Assembly (NCBI GenBank): GCA_964016885.1
Contig: OZ024741.1
Span: 249,922,001 to 249,986,000 of the forward strand
Direction of reading: 5' to 3'
Length of the DNA: 64,000 nt
Source: Eledone cirrhosa
Lineage: Eukaryota
Part shown: positions 1 to 10,679 of the stretch, in pieces
How the letters are laid out: every line of letters starts with the position of its first letter
How positions within the stretch are numbered: the stretch's first letter is position 1
Notes under the pieces: generated by a model
The model's database searches: none
What the model was told of the DNA's origin: nothing
What the model saw: the letters and a program-made list of their open reading frames with translations, nothing else
Position numbers and translations under genes: made by a program

Positions 1-130
1 AGATAATTTCCAGCCAGCCAAGGGGAGATAATTTGTAAAAAAATCAGGGGGAGATAATTTGTAAAAAAAAAATCAGGGGGAGATAATTTGTAAAAAAATC
101 AGGGGGAGATAATTTGTAAAAAAAAAATCA

Positions 131-157
131 GGGGGAGATAATTTGTAAAAAAAATCA
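131..157 (+). repeat. Representative type A monomer GGGGGAGATAATTTGTAAAAAAAATCA (27 bp; A-tract 7-10)
   Basis: Read directly. Occurs mostly in runs of about 3-10 copies; common variants begin GGGGT or GGCGG. Confidence 0.97.
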
Positions 158-262
158 GGGGGAGATAATTTGTAAAAAAAATCAGGGGTAGATAATTTGT
201 AAAAAAAATCAGGGGGAGATAATTTGTAAAAAAAATCAGGAGATAATTTGTAAAAAAAATCA

Positions 263-363
263 GGGGTAGATAATTTTCAGCCGTCCAAGGGGAGATAATT
301 TCCATCCTTCCAAGGGGAGATAATTTCCAGCCGTCCAAGGGGAGATAATTTCCCGCCAGCCAA
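263..363 (+). repeat. B-block P (4 monomers), representative copy; sub-forms P1 and P2
   Basis: Tails in order: TCAGCCGTCC or CCAGCCGTCC / CCATCCTTCC / CCAGCCGTCC / CCCGCCAGCC. Followed by GAGATAACATTT (P1) or GAGATAATATTT (P2). Recurs throughout the window. Confidence 0.92.
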
Positions 364-525
364 GCAGAGATAACATTTAAAAAAATCAGGCGGAGATAAT
401 TTGTAAAAAAATCAGGGGGAGATAATTTGTAAAAAAAAATCAGGGGGAGATAATTTGTAAAAAAAAATCAGGGGGTGATAATTTGTAAAAAAAAATCAGG
501 GGGAGATAATTTGTAAAATAATCAA

Positions 526-625
526 GGGGAGATAATTTCCAGCCGTCCAAGGGGAGATAATTTTCAGCCGTCCAAGGAGAGGTAATTTCTAGCCGTCCAA
601 GGGGAGATAATTTCCAGCCGTCCAA
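526..625 (+). repeat. B-block Q (4 monomers), representative copy
   Basis: Contains TTTTCAGCCGTCCAAGGAGAGGTAATTTCTAGCC. Usually followed by a T(n)A(n) junction monomer and GGCGGAGATAATTTGTAAACAAAAATC. Confidence 0.92.
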
Positions 626-736
626 GGGGAGATAATTTTTAAAAAAAAATCAGGCGGAGATAATTTGTAAACAAAAATCAGGGGGAGATAATTTGTAAAA
701 AAAAATCAGGGGGAGATAATTTGTAAAAAAAATCAA

Positions 737-960
737 GGGGAGATAATTTCCAGCCGTCCAAGGGGAGGTAATATCTAGCCATCCAAGGGGAGATAATTTC
801 CAGCCGTCCAAGGGGAGATAATTTCCAGCCGTCCAAGGGGAGATAATATCCAGCCGTCCAAGGAGACATATTTTCCAGCCGTCCAAGGAGACGTAATTTC
901 TAGCCGTCCAAGGGGAGATAAGTTCCAGCCTCCAAGGGGAGATAATTTCCAGCCAGCCAA
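737..960 (+). repeat. B-block R (9 monomers, 224 bp), representative copy
   Basis: Diagnostic variants in fixed order: GGTAATATCTAGCCATCC, AATATCC, GGAGACATATTTTCC, GGAGA(C/G)GTAATTTCTAG, AAGTTCCAGCCTCC (1-bp deletion), CCAGCCAGCC. Confidence 0.93.
787..811 (+). repeat. Representative type B monomer GGGGAGATAATTTCCAGCCGTCCAA (25 bp)
   Basis: Read directly. Occurs mostly in runs of 4-9 copies with position-specific variants. Confidence 0.97.
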
Positions 961-1069
961 GGGGAGATAATTTGTAAAAAAATTAGGGGGAGATAATTTG
1001 TAAAAAAAAATCAGGGGGAGATAATTTGTAAAAAAAAATCAGGGGGAGATAATTTGTAAAAAATATCAA

Positions 1070-1219
1070 GGGGAGATAATTTCCAGCCCTCCAAGGGGCT
1101 ATAATTTCCAGCCGTGCAAGGGGAGATAATTTCCAGCCGTCCAAGGGGAGATAATTTCCATCCTTCCAAGGGGAGATAATTTCCAGCCGTCCAAGGGGAG
1201 ATAATTTCCCGCCAGCCAA
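1070..1219 (+). repeat. B-block S (6 monomers), representative copy
   Basis: CCAGCCCTCCAAGGGGCTATAATTTCCAGCCGTGCAA followed by a P-like tail, then GGGAAG and the shortened GGCGGAGATTGT. Other copies near 2.29, 11.79, 13.82, 26.82, 31.23, 41.87, 49.26, 54.45, 57.90 and 62.26 kb. Confidence 0.9.
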
Positions 1220-4200
1220 GGGAAGATAATTTTTTAAAAAATCAGGCGGAGATTGTAAAAAAATCAGGGGGAGATAATTTGTAAAAAAATCAGGGGGAGA
1301 TAATTTGTAAAAAAAAAATCAGGGGGAGATAATTTGTAAAAAAAAATCAGGGGGAGATAATTTGTAAAAAAAATCAGGGGGAGATAATTTGTAAAAAAAA
1401 TCAGGGGTAGATAATTTGTAAAAAAAATCAGGGGGAGATAATTTGTAAAAAAAATCAGGGGGAGATAATTTGTAAAAAAAATCAGGGGTAGATAATTTTC
1501 AGCCGTCCAAGGGGAGATAATTTCCATCCTTCCAAGGGGAGATAATTTCCAGCCGTCCAAGGGGAGATAATTTCCCGCCAGCCAAGCAGAGATAACATTT
1601 AAAAAAATCAGGCGGAGATAATTTGTAAAAATATCAGGGGGAGATAATTTGTAAAAAAAAATCAGGGGGAGATAATTTGTAAAAAAAAATCAGGGGGTGA
1701 TAATTTGTAAAAAAAAATCAGGGGGAGATAATTTGTAAAATAATCAAGGGGAGATAATTTCCAGCCGTCCAAGGGGAGATAATTTTCAGCCGTCCAAGGA
1801 GAGGTAATTTCTAGCCGTCCAAGGGGAGATAATTTCCAGCCGTCCAAGGGGAGATAATTTTTAAAAAAAAATCAGGCGGAGATAATTTGTAAACAAAAAT
1901 CAGGGGGAGATAATTTGTAAAAAAAAATCAGGGGGAGATAATTTGTAAAAAAAATCAAGGGGAGATAATTTCCAGCCGTCCAAGGGGAGGTAATATCTAG
2001 CCATCCAAGGGGAGATAATTTCCAGCCGTCCAAGGGGAGATAATTTCCAGCCGTCCAAGGGGAGATAATATCCAGCCGTCCAAGGAGACATATTTTCCAG
2101 CCGTCCAAGGAGACGTAATTTCTAGCCGTCCAAGGGGAGATAAGTTCCAGCCTCCAAGGGGAGATAATTTCCAGCCAGCCAAGGGGAGATAATTTGTAAA
2201 AAAATTAGGGGGAGATAATTTGTAAAAAAAAATCAGGGGGAGATAATTTGTAAAAAAAAATCAGGGGGAGATAATTTGTAAAAAATATCAAGGGGAGATA
2301 ATTTCCAGCCCTCCAAGGGGCTATAATTTCCAGCCGTGCAAGGGGAGATAATTTCCAGCCGTCCAAGGGGAGATAATTTCCATCCTTCCAAGGGGAGATA
2401 ATTTCCAGCCGTCCAAGGGGAGATAATTTCCCGCCAGCCAAGGGAAGATAATTTTTTAAAAAATCAGGCGGAGATTGTAAAAAAAATCAGGGGGAGATAA
2501 TTTGTAAAAAAATCAGGGGGAGATAATTTGTAAAAAAAAAATCAGGGGGAGATAATTTGTAAAAAAAAATCAGGGGGAGATAATTTGTAAAAAAAATCAG
2601 GGGGAGATAATTTGTAAAAAAAATCAGGGGTAGATAATTTGTAAAAAAAATCAGGGGGAGATAATTTGTAAAAAAAATCAGGGGGAGATAATTTGTAAAA
2701 AAAATCAGGGGTAGATAATTTTCAGCCGTCCAAGGGGAGATAATTTCCATCCTTCCAAGGGGAGATAATTTCCAGCCGTCCAAGGGGAGATAATTTCCCG
2801 CCAGCCAAGGAGAGATAACATTTAAAAAAATCAGGCGGAGATAATTTGTAAAAAAATCAGGGCGAGATAATTTGTAAAAAAAAATCAGGGGTAGATAATT
2901 TCCAGCCGTCCAAGGGGAGATAATTTCCATCCTTCCAAGGGGAGATAATTTCCAGCCGTCCAAGGGGAGATAATTTCCCGCCAGCCAAGGAGAGATAATA
3001 TTTAAAAAAATCAGGCGGAGATAATTTGTAAAAAAAATCAGGGGGAGATAATTTGTAAAAAAATCAGGGGGAGATAATTTGTAAAAAAAAATCAGGGGGA
3101 GATAATTTGTAAAAAAAAATCAGGGGGAGATAATTTGTAAAAAAAAATCAGGGGTAGATAATTTGTAAAAAAAAATCAGGGTGAGATAATTTGTAAAAGA
3201 AAAATCAGGGGGAGATAATTTGTAAAAAAATCAAGGGGAGATAATTTCCAGCCGTCCAAGGGGAGATAATTTTCAGCCGTCCAAGGAGAGGTAATTTCTA
3301 GCCGTCCAAGGGGAGATAATTTCCAGCCGTCCAAGGGGAGATAATTTTTTTTAAAAAATCAGGCGGAGATAATTTGTAAACAAAAATCAGGGGGAGATAA
3401 TTTGTAAAAAAAAATCAGGGGGAGATAATTTGTAAAAAAAAATCAGGGGGAGATAATTTGTAAAAAAAATCAAGGGGAGATAATTTGTCAAAAAAAATCA
3501 GGGGTAGATAATTTGTAAAAAAAAATCAGGGGGAGATAATTTGTAAAAAAAAAATCAGGGGGAGATAATTTGTAAAAAAATCAAGGGGAGATAATTTCCA
3601 GCCGTCCAAGGGGAGATAATTTTCAGCCGTCCAAGGAGAGGTAATTTCTAGCCGTCCAAGGGGAGATAATTTCCAGCCAGCCAAGGGGAGATAATTTGTA
3701 AAAAAATCAGGGGTAGATAATTTGTAAAAAAAAATCAGGGGGAGATAATTTGTAAAAAAAATCAGGGGGAGATAATTTGTAAAAAAAATCAGGGGTAGAT
3801 AATTTCCAGCCGTCCAAGGGGAGATAATTTCCATCCTTCCAAGGGGAGATAATTTCCAGCCGTCCAAGGGGAGATAATTTCCCGCCAGCCAAGGAGAGAT
3901 AACATTTGAAAAAATCAGGCGGAGATAATTTGTAAAAAAAATCAGGGGGAGATAATTTGTAAAAAAATCAGGGGGAGATAATTTGTAAAAAAAATCAGGG
4001 GTAGATAATTTCCAGCCGTCCAAGGGGAGATAATTTCCATCCTTCCAAGGGGAGATAATTTCCAGCCGTCCAAGGGGAGATAATTTCCCGCCAGCCAAGG
4101 AGAGATAATATTTAAAAAAATCAGGCGGAGATAATTTGTAAAAAAAATCAGGGGGAGATAATTTGTAAAAAAATCAGGGGGAGATAATTTGTAAAAAAAA

Positions 4201-7200
4201 ATCAGGGGAGATAATTTGTAAAAAAAATCAGGGGGAGATAATTTGTAAAAAAAAATCAGGGGTAGATAATTTGTAAAAAAAAATCAGGGGGAGATAATTT
4301 GTAAAAAAAAAATCAGGGGGAGATAATTTGTAAAAAAATCAAGGGCAGATAATTTCCAGCCGTCCAAGGGGAGATAATTTTCAGCCGTCCAAGGAGGTAA
4401 TTTCTAGCCGTCCAAGGGGAGATAATTTCCAGCCGTACAAGGGGAGATAATTTTTTTAAAAAAATCAGGCGGAGATAATTTGTAAACAAAAATCAGGGGG
4501 AGATAATTTGTAAAAAAAAATCAGGGGGAGATAATTTGTAAAAAAAAATCAGGGGGAGATAATTTGTAAAAAAAAATCAAGGGGAGATAATTTCCAGCCG
4601 TCCAAGGGGAGGTAATATCTAGCCATCCAAGGGGAGATAATTTCCAGCCGTCCAAGGGGAGATAATTTCCAGCCGTCCAAGGGGAGATAATATCCAGCCG
4701 TCCAAGGAGACATATTTTCCAGCCGTCCAAGGAGAGGTAATTTCTAGCCGTCCAAGGGGAGATAAGTTCCAGCCCCCAAGGGGAGATAATTTCCAGCCAG
4801 CCAAGGGGAGATAATTTGTAAAAAAATCAGGGGGAGATAATTTGTAAAAAAAAAATCAGGGGCAGATAATTTGTAAAAAAATCAGGGGGAGATAATTTGT
4901 AAAAAAAATCAGGGGGAGATAATTTGTAGAAAAAATCAGGGGTAGATAATTTTCAGCCGTCCAAGGGGAGATAATTTCCATCCTTCCAAGGGGAGATAAT
5001 TTCCAGCCGTCCAAGGGGAGATAATTTCCCGCCAGCCAAGGAGAGATAACATTTAAAAAAATCAGGCGGAGATAATTTGTAAAAAAAATCAGGGGGAGAT
5101 AATTTGTAAAAAAATCAGGGGGAGATAATTTGTAAAAAAAATCAGGGGTAGATAATTTCCAGCCGTCCAAGGGGAGATAATTTCCATCCTTCCAAGGGGA
5201 GATAATTTCCAGCCGTCCAAGGGGAGATAATTTCCCGCCAGCCAAGGAGAGATAATATTTAAAAAAATCAGGCGGAGATAATTTGTAAAAAAAATCAGGT
5301 GGAGATAATTTGTAAAAAAATCAGGGGGAGATAATTTGTAAAAAAAAATCAGGGGGAGATAATTTGTAAAAAAAATCAGGGGGAGATAATTTGTAAAAAA
5401 AATCAGGGGTAGATAATTTGTAAAAAAAAATCAGGGGGAGATAATTTGTAAAAAAAAATCAGGGGGAGATAATTTGTAAAAAAATCAAGGGGAGATAATT
5501 TCCAGCCGTCCAAGGGGAGATAATTTTCAGCCGTCCAAGGAGAGGTAATTTCTAGCCGTCCAAGGGGAGATAATTTCCAGCCGTCCAAGGGGAGATAATT
5601 TTTTTAAAAAAATCAGGCGGAGATAATTTGTAAACAAAAATCAGGGGGAGATAATTTGTAAAAAAAAATCAGGGGGAGATAATTTGTAAAAAAAAATCAG
5701 GGGGAGATAATTTGTAAAAAAAATCAAGGGGAGATAATTTCCAGCCGTCCAAGGGGAGGTAATATCTAGCCATCCAAGGGGAGATAATTTCCAGCCGTCC
5801 AAGGGGAGATATTTTCCAGCCGTCCAAGGAGAGGTAATTTCTAGCCGTCCAAGGGGAGATAAGTTCCTGCCTCCAAGGGGAGATAATTTCCAGCCAGCCA
5901 AGGGGAGATAATTTGTAAAAAAATCAGGGGGAGATAATTTGTAAAAAAAAAATCAGGGGGAGATAATTTGTAAAAAAATCAGGGGGAGATAATTTGTAAA
6001 AAAAAAATCAGGGGGAGATAATTTGTAAAAAAAATCAGGGGGAGATAATTTGTAAAAAAAATCAGGGGTAGATAATTTGTAAAAAAAATCAGGGGGAGAT
6101 AATTTGTAAAAAAAATCAGGGGGAGATAATTTGTAAAAAAAATCAGGGGTAGATAATTTTCAGCCCTCCAAGGGGAGATAATTTCCATCCTTCCAAGGGG
6201 AGATAATTTCCAGCCGTCCAAGGGGAGATAATTTCCCGCCAGCCAAGGAGAGATAACATTTAAAAAAATCAGGCGGAGATAATTTGTAAAAAAAATCAGG
6301 GGGAAAAAATTTGTAAACAAATTAGGGGGAGATAATTTGTAAAAAAAATCAGGGGTAGATAATTTCCAGCCGTCCAAGGGGAGATAATTTCCATCCTTCC
6401 AAGGGGAGATAATTTCCAGCCGTCCAAGGGGAGATAATTTCCCGCCAGCCAAGGAGAGATAATATTTAAAAAAATCAGGCGGAGATAATTTGTAAAAAAA
6501 ATCAGGGGGAGATAATTTGTAAAAAAATCAGGGGGAGATAATTTGTAAAAAAAAATCAGGGGGAGATAATTTGTAAAAAAAATCAGGGGGAGATAATTTG
6601 TAAAAAAAAATCAGGGGTAGATAATTTGTAAAAAAAAATCAGGTGGAGATAATTTGTAAAAAAAAATCAGGGGGAGATAATTTGTAAAAAAATCAAGGGG
6701 AGATAATTTCCAGCCGTCCAAGGGGAGATAATTTTCAGCCGTCCAAGGAGAGGTAATTTCTAGCCGTCCAAGGGGAGATAATTTCCAGCCGTCCAAGGGG
6801 AGATAATTTTTTTTTTAAAATCAGGCGGAGATAATTTGTAAACAAAAATCAGGGGGAGATAATTTGTAAAAAAAAATCAGGGGGAGATAAATTGTAAAAA
6901 AAAATCAGGGGGAGATAATTTGTAAAAAAAATCAAGGGGAGATAATTTCCAGCCGTCCAAGGGGAGGTAATATCTAGCCATCCAAGGGGAGATAATTTCC
7001 AGCCGTCCAAGGGGAGATAATTTCCAGCCGTCCAAGGGGAGATAATATCCAGCCGTCCAAGGAGACATACTTTCCAGCCGTCCAAGGAGACGTAATTTCT
7101 AGCCGTCCAAGGGGAGATAAGTTCCAGCCTCCAAGGGGAGATAATTTCCAGCCAGCCAAGGGGAGATAATTTGTAAAAAAATTAGGGGGAGATAATTTGT

Positions 7201-10200
7201 AAAAAAAAATTAGGGGGAGATAATTTGTAAAAAAAAATCAGGGGGAGATAATTTGTAAAAAAAAATCAGGGGGAGATAATTTGTAAAAAAAAATCAGGGG
7301 GAGATAATTTGTAAAAAAAAAATCAGGCGGAGATAATTTGTAAAAAAATCAAGGGGAGATAATTTCCAGCCGTCCAAGGGGAGATAATTTTCAGCCGTCC
7401 AAGGAGAGGTAATTTCTAGCCGTCCAAGGGGAGATAATTTCCAGCCGTCCAAGGGGAGATAATTTTTTTAAAAAAATCAGGCGGAGATAATTTGTAAACA
7501 AAAATCAGGGGGAGATAATTTGTAAAAAAAATCAGGGGGAGATAATTTGTAAAAAAAATCAGGGGGAGATAATTTGTAAAAAAAATCAAGGGGAGATAAT
7601 TTGTAAAAAAAAATCAGGGGTAGATAATTTGTAAAAAAAAATCAGGGGGAGATAATTTGTAAAAAAAAAATCAGGGGGAGATAATTTGTAAAAAAATCAA
7701 GGGGAGATAATTTCCAGCCGTCCAAGGGGAGATAATTTTAAGCCGTCCAAGGAGAGGTAATTTCTAGCCGTCCAAGGGGAGATAATCTCCAGCCAGCCAA
7801 GGGGAGATAATTTGTAAAAAAATCAGGGGTAGATAATTTGTAAAAAAAAATCAGGGGGAGATAATTTGTAAAAAAAATCAGGGGGAGATAATTTGTAAAA
7901 AAAATCAGGGGTAGATAATTTCCAGCCGTCCAAGGGGAGATAATTTCCATCCTTCCAAGGGGAGATAATTTCCAGCCGTCCAAGGGGAGATAATTTCCCG
8001 CCAGCCAAGGAGAGATAACATTTAAAAAAATCAGGCGGAGATAATTTGTAAAAAAAATCAGGGGGAGATAATTTGTAAAAAAATCAGGGGGAGATAATTT
8101 GTAAAAAAAATCAGGGGTAGATAATTTCCAGCCGTCCAAGGGGAGATAATTTCCATCCTTCCAAGGGGAGATAATTTCCAGCCGTCCAAGGGGAGATAAT
8201 TTCCCGCCAGCCAAGGAGAGATAATATTTAAAAAAATCAGGCGGAGATAATTTGAAAAAAAAATCAGGGGGAGATAATTTGTAAAAAAATCAGGGGGAGA
8301 TAATTTGTAAAAAAAAATCAGGGGAGATAATTTGTAAAAAAAATCAGGGGGTGATAATTTGTAAAAAAAATCAGGGGTAGATAATTTGTAAAAAAAAATC
8401 AGGGGGAGATAATTTGTAAAAAAAAAATCAGGGGGAGATAATTTGTAAAAAAATCAAGGGGAGATAATTTCCAACCGTCCAAGGGGAGATAATTTTCAGC
8501 CGTCCAAGGAGGTAATTTCTAGCCGTCCAAGGGGAGATAATTTCCAGCCGTCCAAGGGGAGATAATTTTTTTAAAAAAATCAGGCGGAGATAATTTGTAA
8601 ACAAAAATCAGGGGGAGATAATTTGTAAAAAAAAATCAGGGGGAGATAATTTGTAAAAAAAATCAAGGGGAGATAATTTCCAGCCGTCCAAGGGGAGGTA
8701 ATATCTAGCCATCCAAAGGGAGATAATTTCCAGCCGTCCAAGGGGAGATAATTTCCAGCCGTCCAAGGGGAGATAATATCCAGCCGTCCAAGGAGACATA
8801 TTTTCCAGCCGTCCAAGGAGACGTAATTTCTAGCCGTCCAAGGGGAGATAAGTTCCAGCCTCCAAGGGGAGATAATTTCCAGCCAGCCAAGGGGAGATAA
8901 TTTGTAAAAAAATCAGGGGGAGATAATTTGTAAAAAAAAAATCAGGGGGAGATAATTTGTAAAAAAATCAGGGGGAGATAATTTGTAAAAAAAAAATCAG
9001 GGGGAGATAATTTGTAGAAAAAATCAGGGGTTGATAATTTGTAAAAAAAATCAGGGGGAGATAATTTGTAAAAAAAATCAGGGGGAGATAATTTGTAAAA
9101 GAAATCAGGGGTAGATAATTTTCAGTCGTCCAAGGGGAGATAATTTCCATCCTTCCAAGGGGAGATAATTTCCAGCCGTCCAAGGGGAGATAATTTCCCG
9201 CCAGCCAAGGAGAGATAACATTTAAAAAAATCAGGCAGAGATAATTTGTAAAAAAAATCAGGGGGAGATAATTTGTAAAAAAATCAGGGGGAGATAATTT
9301 GTAAAAAAAATCAGGGGTAGATAATTTCCAGCCGTCCAAGGGGAGATAATTTCCATCCTTCCAAGGGGAGATAATTTCCAGCCGTCCAAGGGGAGATAAT
9401 TTCCCGCCAGCCAAGGAGAGATAATATTTAAAAAAATCAGGCGGAGATAATTTGTAAAAAAAATCAGGGGGAGATAATTTGTAAAAAAATCAGGGGGAGA
9501 TAATTTGTAAAAAAAAATCAGGGGGAGATAATTTGTAAAAAAAATCAGGGGGAGATAATTTGTAAAAAAAAATCAGGGGTAGATAATTTGTAAAAAAAAA
9601 TCAGGGGGAGATAATTTGTAAAAAAAAATCAGGGGGAGATAATTTGTAAAAAAATCAAAGGGAGATAATTTCCAGCCGTCCAAGGGGAGATAATTTTCAG
9701 CCGTCCAAGGAGAGGTAATTTCTAGCCGTCCAAGGGGAGATAATTTCCAGCCGTCCAAGGGGAGATAATTTTTTTAAAAAAATCAGGCGGAGATAATTTG
9801 TAAACAAAAATCAGGGGGAGATAATTTGTAAAAAAAAATCAGGGGGAGATAATTTGTAAAAAAAAATCAGGGGGAGATAATTTGTAAAAAAAATCAAGGG
9901 GAGATAATTTCCAGCCGTCCAAGGGGAGGTAATATCTAGCCATCCAAGGGGAGATAATTTCCAGCCGTCCAAGGGGAGATAATTTCCAGCCGTCCAAGGG
10001 GAGATAATATCCAGCCGTCCAAGGAGACATATTTTCCAGCCGTCCAAGGAGAGGTAATTTCTAGCCGTCCAAGGGGAGATAAGTTCCAGCCTCCAAGGGG
10101 AGATAATTTCCAGCCAGCCAAGGGGAGATAATTTGTAAAAAAATCAGGGGGAGATAATTTGTAAAAAAAAAATCAGGGGGAGATAATTTGTAAAAAAATC

Positions 10201-10679
10201 AGGGGGAGATAATTTGTAAAAAAAAATCAGGGGGAGATAATTTGTAAAAAAAATCAGGGGGAGATAATTTGTAAAAAAAATCAGGGGTAGATAATTTGTA
10301 AAAAAAATCAGGGGGAGATAATTTGTAAAAAAATCAGGGGGAGATAATTTGTAAAAAAAATCAGGGGTAGATAATTTCCAGCCGTCCAAGGGGAGATAAT
10401 TTCCATCCTTCCAAGGGGAGATAATTTCCAGCCGTCCAAGGGGAGATAATTTCCCGCCAGCCAAGGAGAGATAATATTTAAAAAAATCAGGCGGAGATAA
10501 TTTGTAAAAAAAATCAGGGGGAGATAATTTGTAAAAAAATCAGGCGGAGATAATTTGTAAAAAAAAATCAGGGGGAGATAATTTGTAAAAAAAATCAGGG
10601 GGAGATAATTTGTAAAAAAAAATCAGGGGTAGATAATTTGTAAAAAAAAATCAGGGGGAGATAATTTGTAAAAAAATCA

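Larger units (their letters stand above)
263..2707 (+). repeat. Tandem duplication, period 1,222 bp (P1-Q-R-S unit)
   Basis: ORF track offsets 440/1662, 650/1872 and 983/2205 all equal 1222. Variant CCAAGCAGAGA at 365 and 1587. Confidence 0.9.

Noticed and set aside
131-157. GGAG/GGGAG Shine-Dalgarno-like and TAAT/TATAAT promoter-like motifs
   Set aside because: These are incidental matches inside monomers, with no downstream ORF on the + strand.
22-262. Helically phased A-tract curvature (kinetoplast-like)
   Set aside because: The 26-29 bp spacing is about 2.5-2.8 helical turns, so successive main tracts are not in phase. Strong planar curvature is unsupported without modelling.
626-660. 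T(n)A(n) palindromes at Q exits as terminators or hairpins
   Set aside because: They are short AT-only stems with no GC stem or gene context, and derive from G-to-T change in the A monomer.
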